DNA of 48,913 nucleotides, the filler included, from Jimgerdemannia flammicorona (taxonomy: Eukaryota): the NCBI GenBank assembly GCA_003990765.1. It is 2 parts of 2 records of this genome, joined end to end, with 100 filler letters (N's around TTAATTAATTAA, not from the genome) between each part and the next. Parts side by side here need not be neighbours in the genome. Positions count along the whole stretch, not along the records: positions 24,512 to 48,913 come from RBNJ01000979.1; 1 more part is not named here. One strand, written 5' to 3'. The translations under genes were made by a program, and so were the position numbers. The notes beneath the pieces are model-generated. The model had not been told where the DNA came from. It did no database searches and saw only the letters and a list, made by a program, of their open reading frames with translations. Shown here piece after piece: positions 36,001-47,543 of the stretch; position 1 is the stretch's first letter; each line of letters starts with the position of its first letter.

Positions 36001-39000
36001 GACTACTTGGGCAATCTTCTGTCCTCTAATGATTTGATGCCATTCTGCACTGCTGTTATGTAGGATGACCTTGATTTTGCCTATATATCCAGGGTCAATA
36101 GTTCCTCCTTCTACAGTTATCTCTTGTCTGGCAAGTCTGGACCTTGAGGTCAGTTGAATATAAGCTCCTTAGGGTAGCTACATGGCTAATCCGGTTCTGA
36201 TCATGAAGGTTTTTCCAGGCTTGATAGATTCATCCTCCAGGCTGTGAAGATCATATCCTACATCCTCTGGGTAGACTTTGGTCAAGGGTTTGGCCTTGGG
36301 GTGCAGCAGGACATACTGGGCAATATCTTTACTGAGTCCAGGCTTTTCTAAGGCTGAAGCTCCACTAGCAGAGAGCCTCTAAGCTCTATGGTTGAGGTGT
36401 AGCCATCTGGCTCCAGTAGAGGGGTCTTGGAGGTATTTGATTCCCCTCCTTCCTATAGGGTCAAGGGCTTCCATGAAGTTGGTGGCATCTTCTGCCCATC
36501 CTTGGCAGGTTGCATGTCTGATGAGAGCTAGGATGTCTTCTCCCAGATCATAGATCTTGAGGATTCTTTTTCCAGGCTTCTTGGTCTGGCTTTTTCGAAT
36601 CTGGCTTTTTTGGATCTGACTTCAGTTATCTCCTTTCTTCAAAGTGTGCACTACAACATCATGACTGAGGTGAATCTTCTGGTGTCTGCAGTCTCAGCAG
36701 TCAGGGTATTTCCCATGGTTGCAATATCCCATTGCCTGAAAATGATGTTCCTGGCTATTTGTCTCTTGTTGTCTTGGGAATTGGTATCTATCTTGATTAT
36801 AGGTTGGGGGAAGAGTGGACAAGGGATATATTTCTATTCAGGTGAAGAAGCCTTATCCCCTAAATCGACTTTGTAACCTTATGGTGACTTCTTGAAAGGT
36901 GATAGACTATGCAAGAGTAGTTGGGGGTTCTGGTCTCTGAGGTCTCTGTCTTTCTTATTGGTCCAACAGATGACACTGATAGCAGTAGTCTTGGGGAGAG
37001 TGGAAGACCATTTGGTGCAGACATCTTTCTAGCCAAAAAGCTTTCTCTTAGTGAGTTTCTTTCTTGGGAATAATGGCGATTATACTGGGTCCTTCTTCTG
37101 TATTCCAAGGATTATTGTCTTCAGGTGGTGTCTAGCAAGGGTCATTCCAGAGAATGAGTTCGGGGACCTCTTCTTCATCAGGTGCTTCTTGTTCAGGAAC
37201 TTCTTGGTCAGAAGTTTCCTCTTCCCCAGATGATTCTTGTCCCCAGATTGCTTACACTTCTGCAGCTTCAGTTGCAGGTGTTTCTGGAATATGTCTGCAT
37301 TTCTTCTTCTTCCTCCTGCACTCTGGGCAGGCTGTGCCAGGCGATTTCCTTGTTCCTATGATCTTGGAGGAGTGCTCAGGACACTTGTATCTCTTGAGAC
37401 ATATAGGGCATCCTTTGGCTTCTCCTGCAATAGCTCCTATGGTAATAGGGATAGTGTTCTTGGCCCACACATTATCTTCTGGTCGGTCATCCACCAGATT
37501 GATTTGGGGATTGAGTCTGGGATCATTTCCATCTTCAGATTCTTCCTCTTCTTCTGTGGTGGATTCTTCACTACTGGCATACTCTTTCTGAATAGTGACC
37601 TTCTTCTTCTTCAATTGCTCATAACTGGTCACCTTAACTCTGTACTTCTTGCCTCAGTAGTCAAACTTGAGTACTTGTTGGCTAATATTGACAACTGCAT
37701 TTATTTCCTTCATCCAGTTGGTATCAAGAATTATGTCATAGGTGACAGCTTCAGTGACAACAGCTTTGGGAATAGAGAACTGAATGTGTCCAAGAGAGAT
37801 GGTGATATTTCATACTTCTTCAAGGGGTTGAGTTCAGGCTCCATCTGCTACTATGATGCTGAGGTTGGATGGTCCATCAATGGGCCATTGAATGGTGTAC
37901 AGAAACTGTTTGGTGATGACACAGACAGCTGCCCCTGTGTCTATGAGAATCTTCGCCTTTTGTCCTCCAATATCTCCATGTAGGTAGGTGCTGACATGTC
38001 TTTCAGCTGCATGAACAGGGATGGGAACTGGTTCTTGCTGTGGGATTGGGACTTGGCCAGTGCTAGAACTGGTGGTTCTCAGTAATTTGTTTCGAACTCC
38101 AGCTGGTGTCAGTTGCAATAGCTGCAGCAGAGAGACTTCCATTTTGGCTTCTTGAATCTTCTGCCAGGCTTCATTATAAATGTCTCTAGGCATGGTCTTC
38201 AGAGTGTACTTCTTCTTAGGCTTTGGAGCAGCAGGTTCCTGTTCTTTTTGTTCCATTTCTTCATCTTCTGGTGGCAACTCATTTGTCTTAGGGACAAAAG
38301 GTGAGGGGGTTCAGAGAGGTGTTTCTACTTGTTCCTCCTCATGTTCTTCATCCTCTTCTTCGATAATTCTTCTACTGATGTTCCTGGATGGTCTTCCTAC
38401 AGGTCTCTTTCTTTTCTCTGCTGGATAGACTGTTTTCCAGGTTATAACCTTAGTGGGGTATAAGTCTAGGTCACTGTAGTCTACACTGTTGCTTGCTTCT
38501 TCGAAATCTTCAACAGGATGGGCTTCAGTCTTCTTGTACTGAGTGTCATTCCTTTGGTTTGGTGGTTCTGAGTCCCTTGGGTCACTTCTTTTATTATTAC
38601 ATTCAGTAGCATAGTGTCTGAATTATTCACAGTGGAAGCATTGAACCTGGGCTCTGTCTTGGACAGAGTACCTTCTTTCTTCATACTGGTAATTCCTGTT
38701 ATCTCTTGGTGGATAACCTTGGCTCCTCTGTGGTGGATATCCTCTATTGCCTTGGTAGCCCCGATTTTCACATGTAGTGAGTTTTTCAATCTGTCCAACC
38801 AATTGGTCCAGCTTAGAGCTAAGGTCTTGGATTTCACTTCTGTCCTTCTTTTCTTCCTTGGCTGGCCTTCTTTCCTCAGATCTTTCTTGTCCTTGAAGGA
38901 GTCCTTGCAGGGCTTTGACCAGGATATCTTCTTTATCTTCTTTTTTGTCATGATCACTTCAGGTAGTTCCTTGTCTGACATCAAAGAATCCTTGGGCTAT

Positions 39001-39990
39001 ATTTACTTGCACTGGGCAATATTTGGGGGAATCCCATTCATGAAGGTCATTGGGCCTATGATGTCCTGGTTGGTGTCATTGAACCCAGCAGAATACATTC
39101 TCTTCTGGATTCTTGTGAAGAAGGCTCTAGATGATTCTCCAAGATTCATCTTTATTCCCATAATGGATTCCTGAGCCTTGTGGCAGATTTCATTTCCTGC
39201 ATACTTTTCAATGAGCCAGTGGACCATGGCCTCATATTCCAGCTCATTAGACATTGCTGCTTATATCTGTCTTGCTAGTTCTGAATCTCAGTTGTTTGCT
39301 GTTCAATGGAAAATTCCTCTGGCTGGTTCTCTGAGCTGGGCTTTGTAGATGGTGATTTTTCTTTCATCTGAGAGATTTCTTAAGGCAGTAATTCCTTCAA
39401 TTCCATCAAGGAATTCTCTGGGATCTTCCTCTGGGTATCCTGCTAAAATTGGCAATGAGGTGGCCATCTCGTCATCACTTTCTTCTGATTCTGGTTCAAG
39501 TTCAGATTCTGATTCTGATTCACTTTCTGAACTGTCACTAGAGATAGGAGTGCTTGGGTATCTTGAGGATAGTGTTCTAGTTCTTGGACAGAGTGAAATA
39601 GGCCTAGGTATTCTTATAAGAGCTACTTCTGGTTCTGCAAGGAGTTGTGGTAGGGGTTCTATTGGTGAGATTAGTGGGACTGGTGTGCAGTGTCTGGCTG
39701 TAAAGTATTGGGTTTGTGTGATATGATTTTCTGGTTCTTGTACAAGTTCTCCAAAATCTCTAGCAGGGCTGTCTGTATTGTCTGGTTGATCTGGTTGGGG
39801 ATTTCAGGCTATACTGCCTTCTGGTACTGGTTGGGATCCTTCTGATGCTGGGTAATTGGCAAGTATTGAAGTAATTACTTCTCTTCCTATCCAGATACTG
39901 GTGATAACTGGTTCTCCTGTAGTAGCAGAGGTTGGTGTTATATCAAATATATCCAGCTTGACTGTGGGTTCTTGTGAGCTGAAAAGTCAT
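33000..39990 (-). pseudogene. gag-pol of Gypsy copy 2
   Basis: KAKILIDTGAAVCVI (protease); LFGLCNAPPTFQ and VYMDD (RT); FQRWRVDVIGPLP...EELISD (integrase). Confidence 0.92.
35913..36306 (-). pseudogene. dUTPase domain within pol (copy 2, two stops)
   Basis: DVGYDLHS, TSRSRLA, GGTIDPGYIGKIKV, GQKIAQ, RQAKGFGSSD. Confidence 0.9.
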
Positions 39991-40004
39991 GTTGATTTGA
40001 AATC

Positions 40005-40022
40005 TTTCCAGTTGAGCCCCCA
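40005..40022 (-). promoter_or_regulatory. Primer-binding site, probably tRNA-Pro
   Basis: TGGGGGCTCAACTGG directly after the 5' LTR. Undoing CpG decay gives TGGGGGCTCGACCGG, close to the tRNA-Pro PBS TGGGGGCTCGTCCGGG. Copy 1 has TGAGAGCTCAACTGAG at ~14501. Confidence 0.7.
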
Positions 40023-40024
40023 AA

Positions 40025-41373
40025 TATAATGTGCCAGCTCAATGGAGGTAAATTACAAGGTTGGGGGTTGATATAGTTTGGCTTGAGCCCCTAGTTACTT
40101 TGTCAAAAAGCAACAAAATGTTCTAAGATTCCTGAGGTCCTTGGTGTTTAGTGGTATAATAGTCAAGCTAGATGTCTGCAAGTAGTTTCCTTATTGGGAT
40201 GGTTCTCTGGGTGTAGTGGCAATTCATGTCTTTCCTTCTTGGGTCAATCTGGGAATGGCAGAATTTGTGTGTAGTATGAGCAGTTTCCTTCTTGAGTAGT
40301 AGGTGATTTCTGTATAGTATGACGATCTTATACATGACAGTCTGGTAATTTAGTGGTTCTCCTTATGCAATTTCTGTGTGATAATCTCTGTGTAGCATGG
40401 GCTTCCTTATGTAGGACATTCTGATAATTTAGCAGATAACTCGATTTGGCTCACTGGGAATAGTATAGCATGGATTCTTTGAATCAGGCTTACTGGGAAC
40501 AAATTATAACTCAGATGTCACAGGTTTTCTTGGAATACAGATGACTTGAAAATAGCAGATGATGTGGATTCTCCTAAATTGGCAGACTTCTTGAAAAAAG
40601 AACAGCTTCAACTGGGAATAACTTGGATGGCATGAGTTCTTCCAGATTGGGCTCTTCTGGGAATATGAACAACTGGCGGTGTTCTTTGGGAAAGGGTCTC
40701 TTGGCAAAGTTACATCAAAGACTGGCTTCATTTGCATGGGATTATATCAATAGACTAGCTCTACTGCAAAGTTGCATCAACAGACTGGCTTGTGGCAAGA
40801 ATAGAGCTCTCTGGGAATGTAGCAAATGACTTGGAAATGGTGGCGAAGTTCTTCCTTGAACTTGGGTGGCAAATCAGCTTTGTATCAGAAAGTGGACTGG
40901 AGTGGAAGAGAAGAGGACCAAGCTCACAACTTCTTGGTAGTGGCTCATTGGCAGGTATATCTCCTAAGTATTGTAATCCTTCCTGGATCAAGTGGCTTTT
41001 GGTAAGTGTTTCTCTTAAGTGTACTAGACAATTGACTTTTGCTTTGATTAGTATTCAACTTTTGGACTGAGGTTTATTCACTCTTGTCTCTGGGGTAATT
41101 TATACAAGTTGGTTGCTATCTGATTACTATGTGACTAACTATAGATTTGCTATCTATGGTATGTTTGGGCGGACAGTTACTGTCCGGCAGACAGCCACTG
41201 TCCAAGGAATAGCCACTGTTCACATTATTGCCTTCTTTGGCTATCTGGTTATTTATACATTTTTCCATAGTAATGATTGCTGGTTACTAAGCTATGTGTT
41301 CACATCATCTTGGCTAATTGTTCATGTCATCTGATTGAGATATAATTCAGATGGTACATCTTGATTTATCATA
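40025..41373 (-). repeat. 5' LTR of Gypsy copy 2
   Basis: Direct repeat of 31120-32469; termini mutated (TG>TA, CA>TA). Confidence 0.92.
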
Positions 41374-42368
41374 CTATATAATAATAAGTCTTATGAATGA
41401 GAAAATTTATTATGAAAATAGTGGTAATAATAATAAAAAAGTATTCTATAGATTATATTAATGAGATAAGAAGTACTAATAAGGTCAAAAATATAAATTT
41501 AAGTTTGATAGCAATTATTATTACTATAGTAAATATAAATATATATAAAATGATTACTATTGTAAAAATAAGTATAAAGATCAGTATTGGTAATATGAGA
41601 GCAGTAGAAAAAATTGAGAGAATGATAAAGAACAATATAATACAAATACTACCAAAACTGATAATAATTAAGATAGAGGTATATTTTATATATAAATACT
41701 ACATATCAAGTATCTGAAAAATTTGAGACAATAAAAAATAATAATGTCAATAGTAAAGTATATACATACTAATATAACTAATAATAATAATATATAGCTT
41801 ATAGATTCTAGTACTATATAATATATAACAGTCTATAGGAAATAATTTTCCATGTACAAGCTATTTAAGTATTTAGTACAAATTAAATTAGATAATAATA
41901 ATATTATATATACTTAAGAAAGAGAAAATATTAGCATATATCTCTATGAGAATATTGCAGAGCTTGCTAGTACTTTTTAGAATATATTATATACTCTGAA
42001 GATAGACAAGAATCTCTTCTCAATTGATAAAATAATAATCTATGATAATAAAGAAATATATATATTCATATCTAATAGATTCAGAAAAATTTTGTAAAAT
42101 TAAAATTTTTTAAATTTTTAAACTTTTTTTGACTATATTTATTATAAATTTTCAATAAAAATATTTTGTAAAAAAATTAATTTTGTAATTTTTTTTTTTT
42201 TTAATCTCATATTTATTAATAAAAGTATATAATAAAAAATAAAATAAAAAATTATAAAATTTAAATTTTTTTTTAACTTTATATTTATAAGTAAATTTTC
42301 TTTTTACATATATAAAAATTATATATTATTTTTCAAACTATATACAGTTGCTTTCATTGGATATATAG

Positions 42369-44569
42369 TGTGATGTATGGTATGAAATTGAAATAGAAAA
42401 CAGACACTTGATCACATCCAGTCCCAAAGTAGTATAGCTACATAGTTAGCAGTTCTTGATTTCACCACTTGCTAAATATTTCACAAAGTGTGAGATCAAG
42501 CTTCTCAATATAGTATAGCATTTTGCAACTGGTGAAATATTTTGCAAAGTGTTAAATGACTCATAATTTAGCCATGTAACCCAGTAACCATCTCATAGCT
42601 AGCAAACTTATATAAATAACCCAGTATCTTCAAGTGAATAAACCTTAGATCAAAATAGTTCAAAGCAAAGAGATAGTAAAGGAACTAGTAAGCCTGTGAG
42701 CAGATACACTTCAAACTCACCCACTCTCCCCTACAACTCAAAGGACTCTGAGGAGTCAGAGAAGATCAAGTTTTCAAGATACAGAAATCTGACATACTTT
42801 CAAGAGTAAGCATCTGCTACATTACAACTTAGTGTCCATTGGCTGGTGATTCAAGATGAATCCTCACTTTTAAGCTGAAAAATGAACAACTGCCAGACTG
42901 CCAGACCACCAGACTGCCATACAGACCATCATGTTACATATGGTATTTGTCTGTACCATCTGCTGTTAATTGGTTGTTCTGGTTGTCAGCCTCATTTCTG
43001 TGAACCATCATTGGTATTGAACAATAGACGCTCTGCAAAGGACTGCATCATTGAGTTAATAGCCAGGTTGCTCTTTAGTTCGAGGGACAACATTATAAGA
43101 ATTAATCACCAAAACGCTGAATAAACTGCCATATGAATGGACCACTATGGAGAATTAAAAGACATTGTATATGAACCACCTGACATAAGAATGCTGCCTG
43201 ACTTTGGATGACATACAAATGGAATGGACTGCCCCAAAGAATTAAAAAGACATCATATACAAACTACCTGAGTGAAGAATACCACCCAAGTGAAAAATCC
43301 CACCCAACTTTTGAAGATACGAATGCCACCTGTCATGCATTGTATTCATCTCTACACCATCTGCTGTTAATTGGTTGTTTCGGTTGTCAGCCTCATTTCT
43401 GTGAACTGTCATCAGTATTGAACAATAGATGCTCTGCAAAGAACTGCATCATTGAGTTAATAGCTGGGTCACTCCTTAGTTTGAGAGACAATGTTACAAG
43501 AATTAATCACCAAAATGCTGAACAAACTGTCATGCGAAGGACTGCCATGGAGAATTAAAAGACATCATATACAAACTGCCCAAGATGATATACGAATAGA
43601 CTGCCCCAAAGAATGGAGAAGTCATTATATATGAACTGTCTAAGTGAAGAATACTGCCCAAATAGACTGTCATGAAGAATTAAAAGACATCATATATAAA
43701 CCGCCCAAGTGAAGAATGCTGCCTGACTTTTGAAAAATGCCGTCATCTGACTTTTGATGACATATGAATGCCTGAACTGACCTGGAGAATTAAAAGACAT
43801 CATATAAACCACCCAAGAGAAGATGCCGTCCGACTTTTGATGACATATGAATGCCTTCTGACATATGAACACCACCCAATTTTTGAAGACACCATCACCC
43901 GACTTTTGAATATGTTGTCGGACTTTTGATGACATTCTGAATTAATTATTTGAAGACTTTTTTTTGAGACCTTGAAAAACATTCTGACAACCACTTGGAT
44001 ATAATATTATAAACAAGTCTATGTAGGGGGAACAAATGTATAAACATTGCAATATAAGAATTTGAATAGGTATTTTTGTATCAAAAATAACCTATTCAGG
44101 GGGAAGATGTGATATATGGTACATATGAAATTGAAATAGGGAACAGACACTTGATCGCATCCAGTCCCAAAGTAGTATAGCCACATAGTTAGCAGTTCTC
44201 AATTTCACCACTTACTAAATATTTTGCAAAGTGCAAGATCGAGCTTCTCAATATAGTATAGTATTTTGCAACTGGCGAAATATTTCACAAAATGTTAAAT
44301 GACTCATAACTTAGCCACATAACCCAGTAACCATCTCATAGCTAGCAAACTTGTATAAATAACTCAGTATCTTCAAGTGAATAAACCTCAGATCAAAATA
44401 GTTCAAAGCTAAGAGATTGCAAAGGAACTAGTAAGCCTGCAGGCAGATACACTTTGAACTCACCCACTCTCCCCTGCAACTCAAAGGACTCTGAAGAGTT
44501 AGAGAAGATCAAGTTTTCAAGATACAGAAATCTGATGCACTTTCAAGAGTAAGCATCTACTATGTTACA
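42369..44569 (+). mobile_element. Non-autonomous LTR element (large TRIM/LARD-like, 2.2 kb)
   Basis: LTRs 42369-42826 and 44108-44569 (TG..CA); TSD ATAG; PPT AGGGGGAAGA; repetitive internal region without gag/pol motifs. Confidence 0.9.
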
Positions 44570-45559
44570 ATAGATATATAGTATATTTTTTAAGTATTGA
44601 GCAAGAAATCTAACAATAATAATAAATATTTTAGAGATAATAATCTAACTTCTGAGAAATTATAGACTAAAGCTAAATCTGATATATCATATCTATATAT
44701 ATATTCAGATATAATATATATATTCTCAATAAGAGTAATACTAATTAATATAAGTTTAAGCTAAAAGTTAACAAGTATATATTTTTTAGATATTTTAATA
44801 AGAAATATTAACTCTGAAATCTATACAAGTATTATATAGTTATATTATATAATATATAGTTTAATAAAAATAAAAATAAGAAGAAGATTTATATAAATAT
44901 ATTGATTAGAACTTCTATATTAATCTTTATCAAATTTAGAAACTAGTACTAATCTCTTTAATAAAGTAAAATTATTTTTAACTACTATATATATCTAAGC
45001 TAAGAATAATAGAGATTAAGAATAATAAGACCTCTGATAATAATAAAGAGTTTATCAAAGATAAGAAAAAGCCAAAGTATAAGTCTAAAAACAAAACTCA
45101 TTCCAATTTAGAGAGTAATTGAAATATATCAAAGATCTCTTGATATAAAGACTATATGAACTATATATATTAAAATATATAAATTGATATTTATTAAAGT
45201 TCTTAAGTTACATATTTTATATATTACTAATAAATAATGTAAATCTGATAAAATAGCATAATTAAGTATTATATATCAAGTTACTATCTTAACACTCTCA
45301 CTCAATAAGATATATATCTAAAGGTAGAAAAAAAAAAAAGAGTAAAAAGCAATATAATGTATACAAAAACTAGAACTATATAATTCAGAATGATAACTAA
45401 TATAAAATCCTATATTTAAGAAATTTTCATAGGTTGAAAAGTATTCCAAAATATCTGAAATATCTACAAAATATAATATATATAATCTGCTCATAAATTA
45501 GGAATATCAAAGTATATATTATATAGTAAGAGAGGCCTTTGTAGTCTGAAAAATATCTC

Positions 45560-47100
45560 TAATGATATCTCCAAATCATCTAAATGTAAGCATATTGCTC
45601 AATGACTCATTCCTTGAATGTATAGCTTGAACTTTAGCTTTGAAAGAACTTTTATAAGTGAATTGACAATCATGTACTCTGTGGAGATATATTTCAAGTA
45701 TATAGTACTATTTTCTATACATTCTCATACAAAATGATATTATATATTGATATGTTTTATTCTACTATGATATACTGGATTCTTGATAAATACTATTGTT
45801 GACTGATTATTCTACTTAATCAGCATAGAGTTCTTCTTAGTGAAGCTGAGCTCTTTTAATAGTTTATAAAGCTAAATAACTTCCTTTATTGTCAATAACA
45901 ATGCCTGATACTCTACTTGTATTAATAATATTACTATGGATAATTTATTACACATTAGCCATAAGATGACTCCTTTGTTATTTTCATTAATGTAAAAGAA
46001 GTATCTGATAATAGATCAGTAGTCATTCAGATCACCTGTCTAATCTATATCACAAGTATCAGATAGCTGAATAGTAATGTTATTGTTCTTACTCAATCTT
46101 CTGAGAGTGAGTGTATAGTATACCATATCCTTAAAATGTCTGAAAATCCTTTTAACAGTTCTCCAATATACAGAAAGAATACTGTTCCATCTTATTTATG
46201 GTATATGATATATTGGGCCTCATTCTAAGAATGAGATATATAAGAGAACTGACTGCTTGCTGATAGAGAATATTTTTAGTAGATATATTGTTATTGTTAT
46301 CCTTAGGCATAGTATTTAGCTTTCTTAACTTTGTAGAAGTATCTATAGAAGTACTAATAAGCTTTTATTTATTTATATTAAAATGTTTGAAAATTATTTA
46401 ATCATATGTCACTTGCAAGAGATATATAACATATATGTTTCTGTTATATATAATAGATATATATCTCCAAAAGGAAGGATGTGTCATATATATCTATCAT
46501 CCTAAATTCTCAGCATAGAGATAATTACTGATAGTAGTATATGAAGGTAGAATACATTGTCAATAATAGCTATACTGTTTCTAATACTATTATAGTAGTA
46601 GTTATTATAATAAAGTAGGTCTGCTTGCTTAGATACTCAGTGAAGATAATAATTACATCTCTTTCTTTTTAGGTTTTAGCAATTAGAAAATGAAGTCTAT
46701 TTCAATATAGTCTTAATTTTAAGTGAGAATTGATAGTAATTATAGGTATCTGATTACTGAGCTTATAACTTTAGTAGATATTATAAAATATAATATAATT
46801 CTTGATGTCAGGTATCATTTTGAGCTAGTAAAAGTCTCAGGAAATATATTGATATGTCTTGTTGAAATACATATATCTAGCTATAGGTATATTGAGTAGT
46901 TTATCAATTCTTAGAAGTATATATTAGTTCTTAATTAAGATCTTATTAAGTACTCAGTAATTAATGTATATATAGAGACTTCTATCATTCTTACAGATAA
47001 AGAGGATTAATATACTATATAGTAATTTTGATAGACAGATGAGACCTTTGCTTATTAATTCTGCTAGTTATTCCTTGAGGATCTCTAGCTCAATTTAGGC
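45560..47100 (-). mobile_element. Ty1/Copia element C remnant (RT-RNase H); may extend further on both sides
   Basis: Reverse strand: (D)NQSTI...KNPVYHSRIKHINI*YHFV; KYISTEYMIVNSLIKVLSK; WRTVKRIFRHFK. Confidence 0.75.
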
Positions 47101-47543
47101 TAGTTAATAGATTCTATAGTAGGAAGAGTCTGAAGTAGAAATATTTTCAATACTCTGTTCTATTGCTTAGACTGGTAGTAGTTCTTAGTATTCTTGGAAA
47201 ACATCTTCATATTCTTTGAGTAGTTCTTGGAGATTGTCTTTTTTGTTATCTTTATCTTTTAGTAGTTTGAAGAGTTCTTCATCTTCTTCTTCTGAGATCT
47301 CTTTAACTATATATATATAGATATACTAGTCTAGATTTCAAATCTACTTCTTCATCTAGATGACAGAGATAACGTCATATCTGGGCTTTGGTTTCTTCTT
47401 AGTATACTCAGATTGTAACTTAATATCTCTTAGAGAGATTATATTAATTTATTAATCAATGTAGGAGTTCTTTTAAGTGAGATAGAATAATTCAAAGATG
47501 AGATTGTATTTAGAAAGATATGTAATATAGAAGGTTTGTCACT

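Larger units (their letters stand above)
31120..41373 (-). mobile_element. Full-length Ty3/Gypsy LTR retrotransposon with dUTPase and extra ORF (copy 2, inactive)
   Basis: LTRs 40025-41373 and 31120-32469; TSD CTAC/CTAT; same domain order as copy 1. Confidence 0.95.
30056..45200 (+). mobile_element. Ty1/Copia element B (relative of A), extremely decayed; split by Gypsy copy 2, an AT-rich insert and the non-coding LTR element
   Basis: Collinear similarity to A: PBS remnant GATTATAAGCTC (~30224); 31030-31119 resembles 10921-11020; 41374-41460 resembles 11020-11105; protease remnant ~41795; 44660-45175 resembles 12645-13155. Confidence 0.7.

Noticed and set aside
42065..42335. Very AT-rich stretch, possibly a MITE
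   Set aside because: No convincing TIR or TSD can be defined in such low-complexity sequence.
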